In this document: positions 1 through 11,593 of the stretch, one piece after another
Layout: each line of letters opens with the position of its first letter
Numbering within the stretch: the stretch's first letter is position 1
Source of the DNA: Octopus vulgaris
Lineage: Eukaryota
Assembly (NCBI GenBank): GCA_951406725.2
Contig: OX597830.1
Coordinates: forward strand, 64,170,001 to 64,234,000
DNA: 64,000 bases
Direction: 5' to 3'
Notes under the pieces: generated by a model
Database searches by the model: none
Told to the model about the DNA's origin: nothing
What the model saw: only the letters and a program-made list of their open reading frames with translations
Made by a program: the position numbers and the translations under genes

Positions 1-320
1 ATAAAATAATATATAAATATAAAAATATACATACATACATATATATATATATTTGTATATATATACATAAAATTTATACTTTGATACTTTGATACTTTGA
101 TAGGTTTCGGCCATTATTGGCCCAGGCCATGTCTATTAATAGCACCACCTGGTGAAGTCTAAATTATTTAAATAATTTTTTATTTTTAACTTTTATATTT
201 TTAAATTAGTTTTATGTATTAGCTTATGTTTTTCACTGTTTGATTTGCCTAATAGTGGTTTTATCTCTAATTTAACATTATATATATATATATATATATA
301 TGTGTGTATGCGTATGTCAT

Positions 321-352
<32 letters not shown>

Positions 353-394
353 TACTAAATACGTGAACGAATATACGTACGTATCTATGCATAC

Positions 395-457
<63 letters not shown>

Positions 458-1084
458 CGCACGTACGTTCATATTGACTTACATACCCCTGCCTACATAC
501 ACAACCTCTCCTTTTACAAACACATTGAACAGGCCACCCCTTTGTGAAAACGTATTACAATAAGAAAAAGTAAAGACATGAATGGTACACGATGTCACAA
601 AGCATTTACGCACGTTTCACACGTATAACCTTATGGGGTTTTTGAATGTATCGAACCCCCTCCCCCCCCAGTATCTACATACATTTATTCATTGATATAC
701 ACATGAGAACATACATACATACATACATACTTACATACTTACATAACATATATAAAAGCATAGATATGTAAGCGTGTATGTGCGTATATGTACGTGTGTG
801 TGCGTGTGTATAGACATAGAAAGAGAGAGTAACAGAGAAAAGAGAGAAAAAGAAAAATAGAGAGGGACTAGCAGAGTAAGACATGTTCAAACACGGATAC
901 ACATAATATGCATACGTATGTATGAGTGTGTGGTGTGTGTGTATATATACACACACACACACACACACGCACACACACATACACACACATACATACATAT
1001 ACATATACATATACATATACACACATATATACATATATATATTCATGTATATATGTATGTATATATATATATATATACATACAT

Positions 1085-1480
1085 GTGGCTGTGTGGTAAG
1101 TTGCTTGCTTACCAACCACATGGTTCTGGGTTCAGTCCCATTGCGTGGCACCTTGGGTAAGTGTTTTCTACTATAGCCTCGGGCAGACCAAAGCCTTGTG
1201 AGTGGATTTGGTTGACGGAAACTGAAAGAAGCCCATCGTATGTATGTATATACGTATGTATGTGTGTGTATATGTTTGTGTGTCTGTGTTTGTCCACCCC
1301 CCCATCATCGCTTGACAACCGATGGTGGTGTGTTTACATCCCCGTAACCTAGCGATTCGGCAAAAGAGACCGATAGAATAAGTACTAGGCTTACAAAGAG
1401 TAAGTCTTGGGTCGATTTGCTCAACTAAAGGCAGTGCTCCAGCATGGCCGCAGTCACATGACTGAAACAAGTAAAAGAGT
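1085..1480 (+). mobile_element. tRNA-derived SINE, family A (bipartite, internal TA/TG microsatellite)
   Basis: Head TGGCTGTGTGGTAAG (A-box-like) and GGTTCAGTCCC (B-box-like), conserved body and GAAACAAGTAAAAGAGTA tail; about ten further copies in the window. Confidence 0.85.
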
Positions 1481-1549
1481 ATATATATATATATATATAT
1501 ATATGGAAAAAAGTCAAGATACAAAATACTAAAATATTTTTATAAAATA

Positions 1550-1592
1550 TTTCAGTACAGATTTCAGTCATTGAGACTTTTTCAACTGCAAG
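1550..1592 (-). ncRNA. Minimal type I hammerhead-like motif (U3-A8 core variant) in Penelope 3' end
   Basis: Minus strand cag-TTGAAAA-agtc(tcaat)gact-GAAA-tctg-TA-ctg; helix III decayed. Confidence 0.5.
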
Positions 1593-1699
1593 TATGGAAA
1601 ATAATTTAATTTAGAAAAATTAAAAGAAAAGTTTTTTTAAAAGAATATTTGTATAGTGTTTCTTCCTGTGGGTTCAAGGTCGTTGTGAATTCTTGGTAG

Positions 1700-1760
1700 G
1701 GAAGAAGAAGAAGAAGAAGAAGAAGAAGAAGAAGAAGAAGAAGAAGAAGAAGAAGAAGAA
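1700..1760. repeat. (GAA)n microsatellite
   Basis: Direct reading. Confidence 0.95.
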
Positions 1761-1934
1761 AGAGAAGGGAAAATAAGAAAGAATGTAGGTAGTGTGAAAG
1801 TAGTAAGGTGTTAAATGGTCAAGTGACCTAAAAGTGATTTGTTATGGATTATAGCATTGATTGGGACTGTTTTTTAATGAATTCTTGGGAATCTCTTGAG
1901 TGTATCATTTTTAATATTTGCGTGTGTGTTTGTG

Positions 1935-2483
1935 TTATTCTAAGGCCGAGGTAGATATGTCGTTTGTCGTAGACGCGTTCAGAAGGGGCCCGTATTTTGT
2001 AATAAAGAGACTCTCTTTATTAATTCGTTGGCTCCAGGTTGTATCGTCCTTGAATTGGTAGAGGGGAAAAATTCTGAAGCTTGGATTTTTGTTATTGGCG
2101 CAAAGGTCTATGTGTTGGCTGAATGCTATTTTTCTGTTTTGGGGAATTTTTATCTGGGATCTATGCAGGGCCATTCTTTTAAGTAGACTGTTTTTTGTTT
2201 GGCCTATGTATTGCTCTTGACACCCAGAGCAGGTTAGTGCGTATATCAGGTTCTCCGAAGCACATGTGAAGTTGCTTTTCACTGTGAAACGTTGTCCCTG
2301 TTTGAAGGAGAACTCTGATCCTTCAATTAGATAATCGCATATCCCACAATTGTGTCTTCCACATTTTTTAACTGACAGCTTATGTGTTGTTGATCGTATT
2401 CGAGCTTGTGTTAGGAGACTTTTCATAGATTTGGGATGTCCCTTGCTCTTTATAATGGTGTGTTTTTGGAGGATTAAGTTCAT
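1935..2483 (-). pseudogene. GIY-YIG endonuclease with upstream Cys-rich linker (PLE C-terminus)
   Basis: KCGRHNCGICDYL linker, then IYALTCSGCQEQYIGQT..KRMALH..ESLFI..LN. Confidence 0.9.
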
Positions 2484-2649
2484 TCTGTGGTCCTTTTTTA
2501 GCAGGGGTATGTTTTGGAGGATGGTGTCGAAGGCTTCATTGTTGAGAGGGTTGTGTGTGGAGATGTATTGTAGGGCTTTTGGTTGTAAATCTTTCTTTAA
2601 TTCGGGATGTCTGAGTTCCTGGATGTTGAGTTGAAAGCATAAGTCAATT

Positions 2650-4142
2650 AGTGAAGGTAGGTAGTTCCTGGTGATGAGTGTATCTTAGGTTGAAGGGGAT
2701 ATTCATTCTGGTGTGTCTAGGGTGGCATGAGTTGAATGGTAGATATTGCTTGGAATCCGTAGGTTTATAGTATATATCTGTTTCTATTACATTGTTAGGT
2801 TTCTTAATGAGGATGTCGAGGAAGGGGAGTTGTTGCTGGCTTTATTCCATCGTGAATTGAATGTTTACGTCAAGTTCATTTAAAAGTGCTTCGAATTCTT
2901 TAAGTTTCTCAATATTTTCATGCCAAAGAATGAAACAGTCATCTAGGTATCTCTTCCAGTTATTTTCTATGTAGAGGGAGAATGGGCTGCCGTATCTTTC
3001 TAGAACCTTACGATAAGGACTAATTTCTAGATATCGCATGACTAGGTTAGCAAAGGAGGGGGCCATTCGCGTACCCATCGCAGTCCCCGATTTTTGTCGG
3101 CAGAAGTTGTCTTTGAAGGAGAAGTAGTTATTTTCCAGGATGAATTTAACCCCTTCTATCACGATTTCTTTTTTGATGCGATGTGGGAGTTCGTTGGCGT
3201 GATTCTCTAGCCAGAATTGAATTGCCTCTATTCCTAGGTTGTGGGGTATATTGGAACAGAGGTTGTCTACATCGAAGGATACTAGTAGGGTGTTTTTGTT
3301 TATTGTTTTAGGAAGGTGATTGAGCATATCCAGGTCGCCCCTTATATAGCTTTTGACATGATTGAAGAATGGTTTTAAGAGGGTGTCTAAAAAGTTACTG
3401 AGGCGGTGGGTTTCGCATGCAGAACCTGCTATTATAGGTCTCAATTTGAGGTCATTAGGAGTAGGGACTTTAATTATCATGTCTGTGGCTATCTTGCATG
3501 CGTTACTTATTTTCTCACTTTTGTGTATCTTGGGAATACCGTAGAATTGGCTGGTTTTACTTTTGAAATTGGTCATACAGTCATATTCTTTGTCGGTGAG
3601 CCCTTCTTTGTATGGGTTTAAAATGGATTTTAGTTCTCTCATTATTTTTTGCTGACTGTAGTTCTGGGGCTTTTCATAATATGTTGTGTCTTCCAACATG
3701 GATAGTACTAAAGTTATATAGTATACCATGTCCATTAAGACAACTGCACTCCCTTTATCAGCCTCTTTGATTGTTATTATTTTGTCGTTTTTTAATTTGT
3801 TCAGCTCAGCCCATTCTTTTTTGCTGAAGTTTGGTTTGTGTTTTTGTTTGTGCATATGCTGATATAGGTAATTCGAGATGTGTTCACAGAAATGATCAAG
3901 TGTTTTGTTCTTGCCTTTTGAGGGGTGTAGTTACTCCTATTTCGGACCAACGATTCGTTCTTGTTATATTTGTAGTATAGCTCCCCAGCAAGACGTAATT
4001 TTCTACAGAATTCTGCGATGTCTTCTTTCATTCCATTATAGTTGGGGTGTTGTGGGGTGGGTGTAAACTTGAGTCCTTTAGAGAGTATAATGATTTGGTT
4101 TGCTGTTAGTTCATTGTGAGTTAGATTGATAATTTTTATCAC
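2650..4142 (-). pseudogene. Penelope-type reverse transcriptase (disrupted)
   Basis: RT motifs listed above, split across frames by a frameshift near 3850 and a stop at 2842. Confidence 0.9.
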
Positions 4143-4272
4143 TTTTGGTTCCTCCTGCCTGTTTGGTGCTATCTTGTGTCTCTGTGTTTGCGTATTGGGT
4201 CTAAAAAAGGATTGCTGTGGTTGGGACGGTAGCTATTATGCAGCTGATATAGTATTCATATATATAGATATA

Positions 4273-4664
4273 TATTTCTTTATTGCCCACAAGGGGCTAA
4301 ACGTAGAGGGGACAAACAAGGACAGACAAACGGATTAATTCGATTACATCGACCCCAGTGCGTAACTGGTACTTTATTTATCGACCCCGAAAGGATGAAA
4401 GGCAAAGTCGACCTCGGCGGAATTTGAACTCAGAACGTAAGGACAGACGAAATACCGCCAAGCATTTCGCCCGGCATGCTAACGTTTCTTATTTCTTTAT
4501 TGCCCACAAGGGGCTGAACATAGAGGGGACAAACAAGGACAGACAAAGGGATTAAGTCGATTACAGTGCGTAACTGGTACTTAATTTATCGACCCCGAAA
4601 GGATAAAAGGCAAAGTCGACCTCGGCGGAATTTGAACTCAGAACGTAGCGGCAGACGAAATACC
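4273..4664 (-). mobile_element. Head-to-tail copies of tRNA-derived SINE family B (Meta-domain-like body, type-1 tail)
   Basis: Minus strand GAGTTCAAATTCC B-box, GCCTTTCATCCTTTCGGGGTCGATAAA..GTACCAG body (resembles the MetaSINE domain from memory), tail ..GTGGGCAATAAAGAAATA. Confidence 0.8.
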
Positions 4665-7290
4665 AATTTCTTTATTGCCCACCGGGGGCCAAACATAGAA
4701 ATGGACTGAACAACTGATAGGATCAGTGAATCGATATGATTTTACATATAATGTGACTTTAAAAATTTAAATACAATATATCAAAATCGAATGGAATTAA
4801 CAATACAAAGACAATATAAATGAAGCGATGATCAGGCCACGCTCCGACCCCACAAGCCCCGATCTACCGCTGATAACATTTTTATTTTTCCTTTTTTTTT
4901 CTCGTCTATTCACACGGTTCCTTGCACGCACAACACTCGCGCAACATGCTTCCATCTCTTTTGGGACGTACACTCCGACAGACACCTCTTCTCCAGCCAC
5001 AGCTTCCTTTTCAAATGAAAAGAAAAAAATGATCGTAAGTTGTGGCCAGAGATAAAATTGCCTGTCTTAATTCCTTTTATCCTAGTCTTCCATATTGTCT
5101 CTTTTGCTATTGCTACAACCGTGAGAAAACAATTCTTACCTTCGTTCGTTAAAACTCCTGGTGGGTCAATTTTTATAATTGACTCAGTCGACACCTGTAC
5201 TCTTCCTTCGCTGGACAACGGGTGTTCAGCATAAGCCCACATTTCAGTTATCTCCGGACACTGAACAATAGCGTGAGGGACGGTTTCCCTGTCCACCCCG
5301 CATCTTGGACAGGTCGGCGACTGATGTTTATTATGTCTTGCGAGCTTATCCCGAACGGGCAAGGCACCTCTGTAGCATTGCCAGGTTAAGGACTTTTGGA
5401 AGTTGTCCAACGTTCTCAACCCGAATGTACGGTGAAACAGGCTGTCCAGTTGAATAAATCCGAGACCTAGAGTCGACCCCAGGCCATCTTCACATTCAGA
5501 CTCTACCAACCCACTATATAAAATCCGTGTGGAACCCCCACCGCTGGCGTTGCCCGAGCGCCGGAATAGCAAGAGGGCCTTACGGAACTCTTTATGCCAC
5601 TCACTCGACTTCGGTCCACTAGAAGACTAGGCTTCCTGTTCGCAAAAACTTTTGAACTCAGGGAGCATTTGTCTGGCCATCGGATACCACACCCGTTCAC
5701 TATCCAGGAGAATCCAGAGGTGCCTCAACCTCAACGCATGTCTGCGCATCATTAACCAAGGCATCCCTAAACCTCCCTTTAAAGGCTTTTGACAGCAGAC
5801 AGAGCGTTTCACAAGTGGCGACCTGCCCTTCCACAAAAAGCGAAAGAGCTGTCTCTCCAACTTGATCAACCACGAATCCGGAGAGGGCACGACGGTCAGG
5901 CGGTAGGTAATGACCGATGCGATAAACACATTGACCACCTCCGCCCTCCCTTTCAGGGATAGCCACCGCCAAGACCAGGTCTTGACTTCTGCAGCCACCC
6001 TGCTCAATACCTCCGTCCAGTTCTTCTCTATCTGGAGGCCTGGTCCAAACCAAACTCCCAGCAACTTAACCGGTCCCTCCGTCCAGCGCCCAACAATGCT
6101 GTCTGAAGACATCGACTTGCCAACTCAGGTACCGAGCTGCAAGCCGACTGACTTTTCCCGGTTAATCTTTGTTCCTGCCTCAATAGTCTTACCCACTTCA
6201 CGTAGGCGGGCTACTGAGGTTACGCTGATAGTAATATCATCCGCGTAAGCCGTAACAAACTCCTCTAGACCTGGTTCTCTCGGGATGCCACTCAACCTTC
6301 GCAGTAAAAGCTCGAGAGCCATCACGTACAAAAGTGGTGAGAGCGGACATCCTTGACGAACCGAGCGTCTGATGCGGAATGGCTTCGAAAGGAAACCGTT
6401 CACCCGAACTATCGAGTCAATGTTGTGGTACAAAGCGATAAACCACCTGAGGAAGCCAAGGCCCACGCCAAACCGCGCAAGCACAGTCGCCAGGCATCGA
6501 TGGTCAACCCTATCAAAAGCTTTAGTCTGGTCCAAATGTACCAATGCCCCAGCTTTTCCAGATTTATTACCAACCCTCTCTATGGTATAGCGAATAAGAT
6601 GGAGGGTATCCTGAATGGTTCTGCCTGGGATGGCACATGTCTGTCCCTCCCTGACTTTTTACCGTATAGTGCAGCTATTCCTCTGTTCGTTACCCCCTCC
6701 GCTTTCCTCGGTCTGTCTCTCTTGGCTGCTTTTTTTTTTGGTCTCGGCTCGCTCTGCTTTTGCTGGTTCGATCCTTCCATTTTCCTTTTATTGTTTATTT
6801 TTTCTTCTGGTTCTCTCCCCCTTTCTTCCTCCTCGCCGTCTGATTCTTCTACACCTTCTTTACAGTATTTTTTAATGTGACCCAGTTGGCTACACTGGTA
6901 ACATCGGGGCTTACGGCCCTCAACAAAAATATTTAGAACTTCCTCCCCTACTTCCACGATTTCTGGGAGCTGTTCTAAAATTTTTTGGTCAGCCTGTAAT
7001 ATGATGTTAAGCGTCTGACTTGTCCAATAAGTATTTTCCGTGACGGTAGCCTGCAGAGGGTTAATACTATCTTCCCTGTTTGCCAGGACCGCTGCCATCA
7101 AGCACATAGGGTTTACTCCTGGCGGAATTCTAGATATTCTCAGTTTTGACGTTCTCATTCACATGTTGATTAGGATTAACATAGTGTCGTCCGACTCTAA
7201 AGATTTTATAGAGTGCTTTTGTGCCGTTTCTGCATTCTTGAACTTCACCACGATGGTTCCAAACTTCTTCCCTCAAGCTAGGTATGTGAT
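4665..7290 (-). mobile_element. Tx1/L1-clade LINE, internally deleted (ORF1 zinc knuckle + RT + C-terminal zinc finger + 3' UTR)
   Basis: ORF1 CYQCSQLGHIKKYC (6580-7158); RT QTCAIPGR, LDQTKAFDRVDH, SVRQGCPLSPLLY, YADD (6125-6650); KLLGVWF, LSLKGRAEV, GGLGMP (5627-6112); CPRCGVDRETVPHAIVQC (4910-5572). Confidence 0.9.
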
Positions 7291-7317
7291 GTAGACGGAA
7301 TCTGAAAGAAGCCCGTC

Positions 7318-7404
<87 letters not shown>

Positions 7405-7592
7405 GTCCCCAACATCGCTTGACAACCAATGTTGGTGTGTTTACGTCCCCGTAACTTAGCGGTTCGGCAAAAGAACCCGATAGAACAAGTTCTAGGCTTA
7501 CAAAGAATAAGTCCTGGGGTCGATTTGCTCAACTAAAGGCGGTGCTCCTGCATGGTCGCAGTCAAATGACTGAAACGAATAAACGAATAAAA
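7291..7592 (+). mobile_element. SINE family A, 5'-truncated
   Basis: Body and tail match 1085-1480. Confidence 0.85.
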
Positions 7593-7689
7593 GAATATCT
7601 TTGCCGCATTCGCAATTGTTTTGGTCGCTGTCATCAACGTTCGCTTTCTGTTCCCAGCAGCTCCTACGGTTGTTGACGCCACCAAGACT

Positions 7690-8345
7690 AACCTTTGAGC
7701 TGCATTTTTCACCTTGGAGAAAAGATGGAAGTTCGCAGGTGCTAAATCTGGCGAACAGAGCGAGTGCGGAGGCGATATCATGTTGTTTCTGATGAGAAAT
7801 TCATGAGTGAGAAGAACTTGGCGACAGGGTGCATTGTCGTCATGAATCCAGTTCTTTGCGCTCCACACATCCAGTCGCTTTCGTCGAATGTCCTCCCTTA
7901 ATCGCTTCAAACTTTCGATTGACGGTCTGGTCCCGGGGGAAGGAATTCTCGATGCACAATACCACATTTCCGGAGGTGATGCTTGTGGCAGGTCTGCCAG
8001 ATTGCTCATTGTCTTCCAGGTACGTTCTTCTACTTTTAAAGTTCCCGTGTCACTCGAAACATTGCGTACTACCCATTGCCTCATCGCTGTAATCTTGCCG
8101 AAGCATTCTCAATGTCTCTGTAGCAGACTTACCAAGTTTAACACAAAATTTCACGTTGGCTCTTTGTTCCAACTTCCTGTCCATGACACAAATCGTAAAC
8201 TACAGCATACTCAGAATCACAAAAGCACGAATTTCACAACTCGCAAAGGAAACACAGCAATGTCACTCGACACACTGCTTCATGAAGGCCACTGTTAGAT
8301 CTCACTGCGCATGCAACCATGTGCTGCCGTCTGTTGGCAAGTTAT
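7690..8345 (-). mobile_element. Mariner transposase relic
   Basis: LKRLREDIRRKR..WIHDDNAP..PHSLCSPDLAPANFHLFSKVK; related to 57390-57835. Confidence 0.8.
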
Positions 8346-8730
8346 TCTAAGAGTATTTAATTTATGCTTCAGTTTAAAATTTTATTAATGTTCAATGAAG
8401 CATAGAAATAATTGTGTAAGCAGGTGTTTGATAATATTTGGGTGTGTGAAATTCAAGTCACGATAGTTTTTGAATAGAGAATCGGCTTTTGTTGTGTTTT
8501 TATGTTCCATAAACAATAGATATGGTCAATAAAAATAACTTTACCCGGGAACCAAAAAAAATTTGAATAAAAATAAAATAACAAATAAATAAATAAATAG
8601 CTTGGTGGGTGTTAACGACTAAGCAGAAAACGAATATGAAAAAAAATTCGCACTGACGATCCTGAGGGGTGGGGAGGGGACTTTCTGAAAATTCACAAGA
8701 TCTGATTTTTCTGTCTTAACTTTCGGTAAA

Positions 8731-8770
<40 letters not shown>

Positions 8771-9027
8771 GGAATCCTACGTTTTTGGTTATGGAGGATC
8801 CAATTCTGAAAATTTTTTTCAAAAATTGCATTTCAATAACTCCCCCACCCACTTCATTTTTCACTCTTTCCAGATTTTATTATTTTTTTTTTTGGCAAAT
8901 ATTTAGAAAAATACGAAGATTACGATTCTGAAAAAATTAAATTTAAATTTGTGTTTATTTTTACCATATTCTTAAATTTCGTATTTTCCCACATATATTG
9001 ATGGAAAAAAATAATAATTCGTAAAAA

Positions 9028-9176
9028 CATTATTTACATTATTTAAATTTGACAGATATTTGTCCTCCTCTTGTTTGTTGTTAATAGAACGTTTCGGTTG
9101 ATATGCCTTCCAGCGCTCATCAGGTCTCTTGGTGGAAATTTCGAACCTGGGTTCTCATTACTATGGTATTTTTCGA

Positions 9177-9246
<70 letters not shown>

Positions 9247-9317
9247 TCACTGCCTGGAATCGAACTCGGAATCTTGGGGTTAGTAGCCAGCACTCTTAAC
9301 CACTACGCCATATGCCC
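9028..9317 (-). mobile_element. tRNA-headed SINE-like element: tRNA head + (AAT)n + hammerhead-containing tail
   Basis: Minus strand GGGCATATGGCGTAGTGGTTAAG..GAGTTCGATTCC, then (AAT)n, then ..CTGATGA..GAAACGTT.. Confidence 0.7.
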
Positions 9318-9321
9318 GTAG

Positions 9322-9990
9322 TGCAGAATATGTGGAGATGGACAAGAAACAATAAATCATATCATCTCTAGCTGCCCAGTCCTGGCTAAGAAGGAATATA
9401 TTCACAGACACGACAGAGTTGGGACCTATATACACTGGAATCTATGCCAACATTATGGAATAACAACAGAAAAAAGATGGTATAGGCACACACCAGAAAA
9501 GGTCACAGAAAACGAGAAAGCAACCATACTCTGGGATATGCCGATACACACAGATAGAGAAATTAAGGCCAACAGACCAGATATAGTTGTCAGAGATCAT
9601 GAAGAAAAAAAAATGCTTTCTAACTGATGTATCAATACCAGCAGATGACGTTTCTCTAAAAGAAATGGAGAAACTTTCAAAATAAAAAGACCTGGAAATA
9701 GAGGTAACTAAAATGTGGAATCTAAAAACAGAAACAATTCCTATCATAGTAGATGCATTAGGCATGATAGAAAAATATTCAGACAAATACATAACAAAAA
9801 CACCAGGACTTACAAACACATATAACATACAGAAAATTGCACTACTAGGCACTGCATACATCCTACGCAGAACACTCTCAATACAGTAACCATCAGAGCA
9901 TCACAACAAATCACAGCACATGCCCAAGGTACACAGAGCTGCGCTCGGTAGTGAAGTGAAAGCACGTTATAAAAATAAAACTATTGAATG
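9322..9990 (+). mobile_element. 3' end of an R4/Dong-type LINE with restriction-like endonuclease, ending in (TAA)n
   Basis: My translation: CRICGDGQETINHIISSCPVLAKKEYIHRHDRV..ILWDMPIHTDREIKANRPDIVV..DVSIP..IQKIALLGTAYILRRTL, stop 9887-9889; one frameshift and one internal stop. Confidence 0.88.
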
Positions 9991-10058
<68 letters not shown>

Positions 10059-10070
10059 AACAACAACAAC

Positions 10071-10215
10071 ATCGAAAAAATATCTTAGGAATGAGAACCC
10101 AGGTTCGAAATTTCCCCTAGACACCTGATGAAGGCTGGAGGGTATATCAGTCGAAACGTTGTGTTAACAACAAGCAAGATGAGGACAAATATCCGTCAAG
10201 TGTAAATAATGAAAA
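10071..10215 (+). mobile_element. Second copy of the hammerhead-containing tail (inverted relative to 9028-9178)
   Basis: ATCGAAAAA..ATGAGAACCCAGGTTCGAAATTTCC..GAGGACAAATATC matches the reverse complement of 9045-9178. Confidence 0.85.
10120..10165 (+). ncRNA. Minimal type I hammerhead ribozyme
   Basis: gacac-CTGATGA-a-ggctg(10 nt)cagtc-GAAA-cg-TT-gtgtt; helices I and II pair, helix III is a palindrome. Confidence 0.7.
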
Positions 10216-10656
10216 TAACGTATATAAGTCCTCATCTTTTAAATATAGACCAATTCGAAAGAAGTTTTTAAAAAAGTTTAAAAAACATGAATTATTTTTC
10301 CTAAAAAATTACTCTAAAAGAAATCTTTGCAGAAAAGGTGAGTAGATTGATTACATTATGTTATCGCAGTTTTGTGACAACTGGCTGTTATTTCTAGCAT
10401 GTGGATAACCTGCATTAAGGCCTGGGGGTATATATTTTTCTACTTTTTTTTCGTGTAAAATTGAAATTTTACAAACAAATTTTTTTTCAGAATCGTAATC
10501 TTCGTATTTTACTACATATTTCGCAAAAAAAAGTACAAAAAACCCAAATAAAATTCCGGTAGATGGGTGGGTGTGGTAGCTATTGAAATCTTGAAAATGC
10601 GACTTTTGAAATTTTTTTCAGAATCGGATCCTCCAAAATCAAAAACGTAGGTTTCC

Positions 10657-10730
<74 letters not shown>

Positions 10731-10735
<5 letters not shown>

Positions 10736-11185
10736 GTAAGTAGCTTGCTTACCAACCACATGGTTCCGGGTTCAGTCCCACTGCGTGGCACTTTGGGCAA
10801 GTGTCTTCTACTATAGCCTCGGACCGACCAAAGCCTTGCGAGTGGATTTGGTAGACGGAAACTGAAAGAAGCCCGTCGTATGATTGATTCTAGTTTCAGC
10901 TCATGAGCTGTGGCCATGCTGGGGCACCGATGTATATATGTATGCGTGTGTATATGCTTGTGTGTCTGTGTTTGTCCCCGCGACATCGCTTGACAGCCGA
11001 TGCTGGTGTGTTTACGTCCCCCGTAACTTAGCGGTTCGGCAAAAGAGACCGACAGAATAAGTACTAGGCTTACAAAGAATAAGTCCTGGGGGTCGATTTG
11101 CTCGACTAAAGACGGTGCTCCAGCATGGCCGCAGTCAAATTACTGAAACAAGTAAAAGAGTAAAAGAGCAAAAGAGTAAAAGAGT
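10731..11185 (+). mobile_element. SINE family A inserted at (TA)n in the right foldback arm
   Basis: Family A sequence with a ~50-bp extra insert at 10880-10930. Confidence 0.85.
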
Positions 11186-11431
11186 ATTCGTTTTCTACAT
11201 ACTTGTTGACACCCACCAGGCTGGTTTATTATCTTTTTGTTCCCGGGTGAAAGATATTTATACTAACCAGATAAATTAATTGGTCACGCTACATGTGTTG
11301 CTCTCTAAGGATGTTGGTCTTTACTAGATTTCTGATAAAAAAATGTTAAACTGTTTCTTAAAGCATTACAAATTTTGTACAATAAAGCTTTTCACGCCTT
11401 ATATCTCCATAAAATATACATTTAAATATAC

Positions 11432-11593
11432 AGGCGCAGGCGTGGTGTCTGGTAAGAAGCTTGCTTTCCAGCTATATGGTTCTGGGTTCAGACTCACTAC
11501 ATGGCACCTTGGGCAAGTGTCTTTTACTGTAGTCCCAGATCGACCAAAGCCTTGTGAGTGGATTTAGGTGATGGAAACTGAAGGAAGCCCATC

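Larger units (their letters stand above)
1510..4250 (-). mobile_element. Penelope-like retroelement (Neptune-type), frameshifted and partly deleted
   Basis: ORF 3801-4142 IINL..LSKGLKFTPTP; ORF 2842-3855 with KEADKGSAVV, FYGIPKIHK, LRPII, SFDV, GTAMGTRMAPSFANL, YLDD; thumb FLDILI..YYKPTD continues past a stop; GIY-YIG downstream; AT-rich pLTR-like end with a hammerhead-like motif. Confidence 0.92.
8515..11275. mobile_element. Large foldback/MITE-like element with long imperfect inverted arms and nested insertions
   Basis: 8767-8940 is the reverse complement of 10480-10660; 8535-8637 is the reverse complement of 11185-11260; both arms contain a (TA)n tract at the equivalent position. Confidence 0.7.

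Noticed and set aside
100-130. ggcc..ggcc-GAAA on the minus strand
   Set aside because: Core too decayed to call
9243-9317. tRNA gene
   Set aside because: No acceptor stem pairing or terminator; treated as a SINE head, like the other tRNA-like heads
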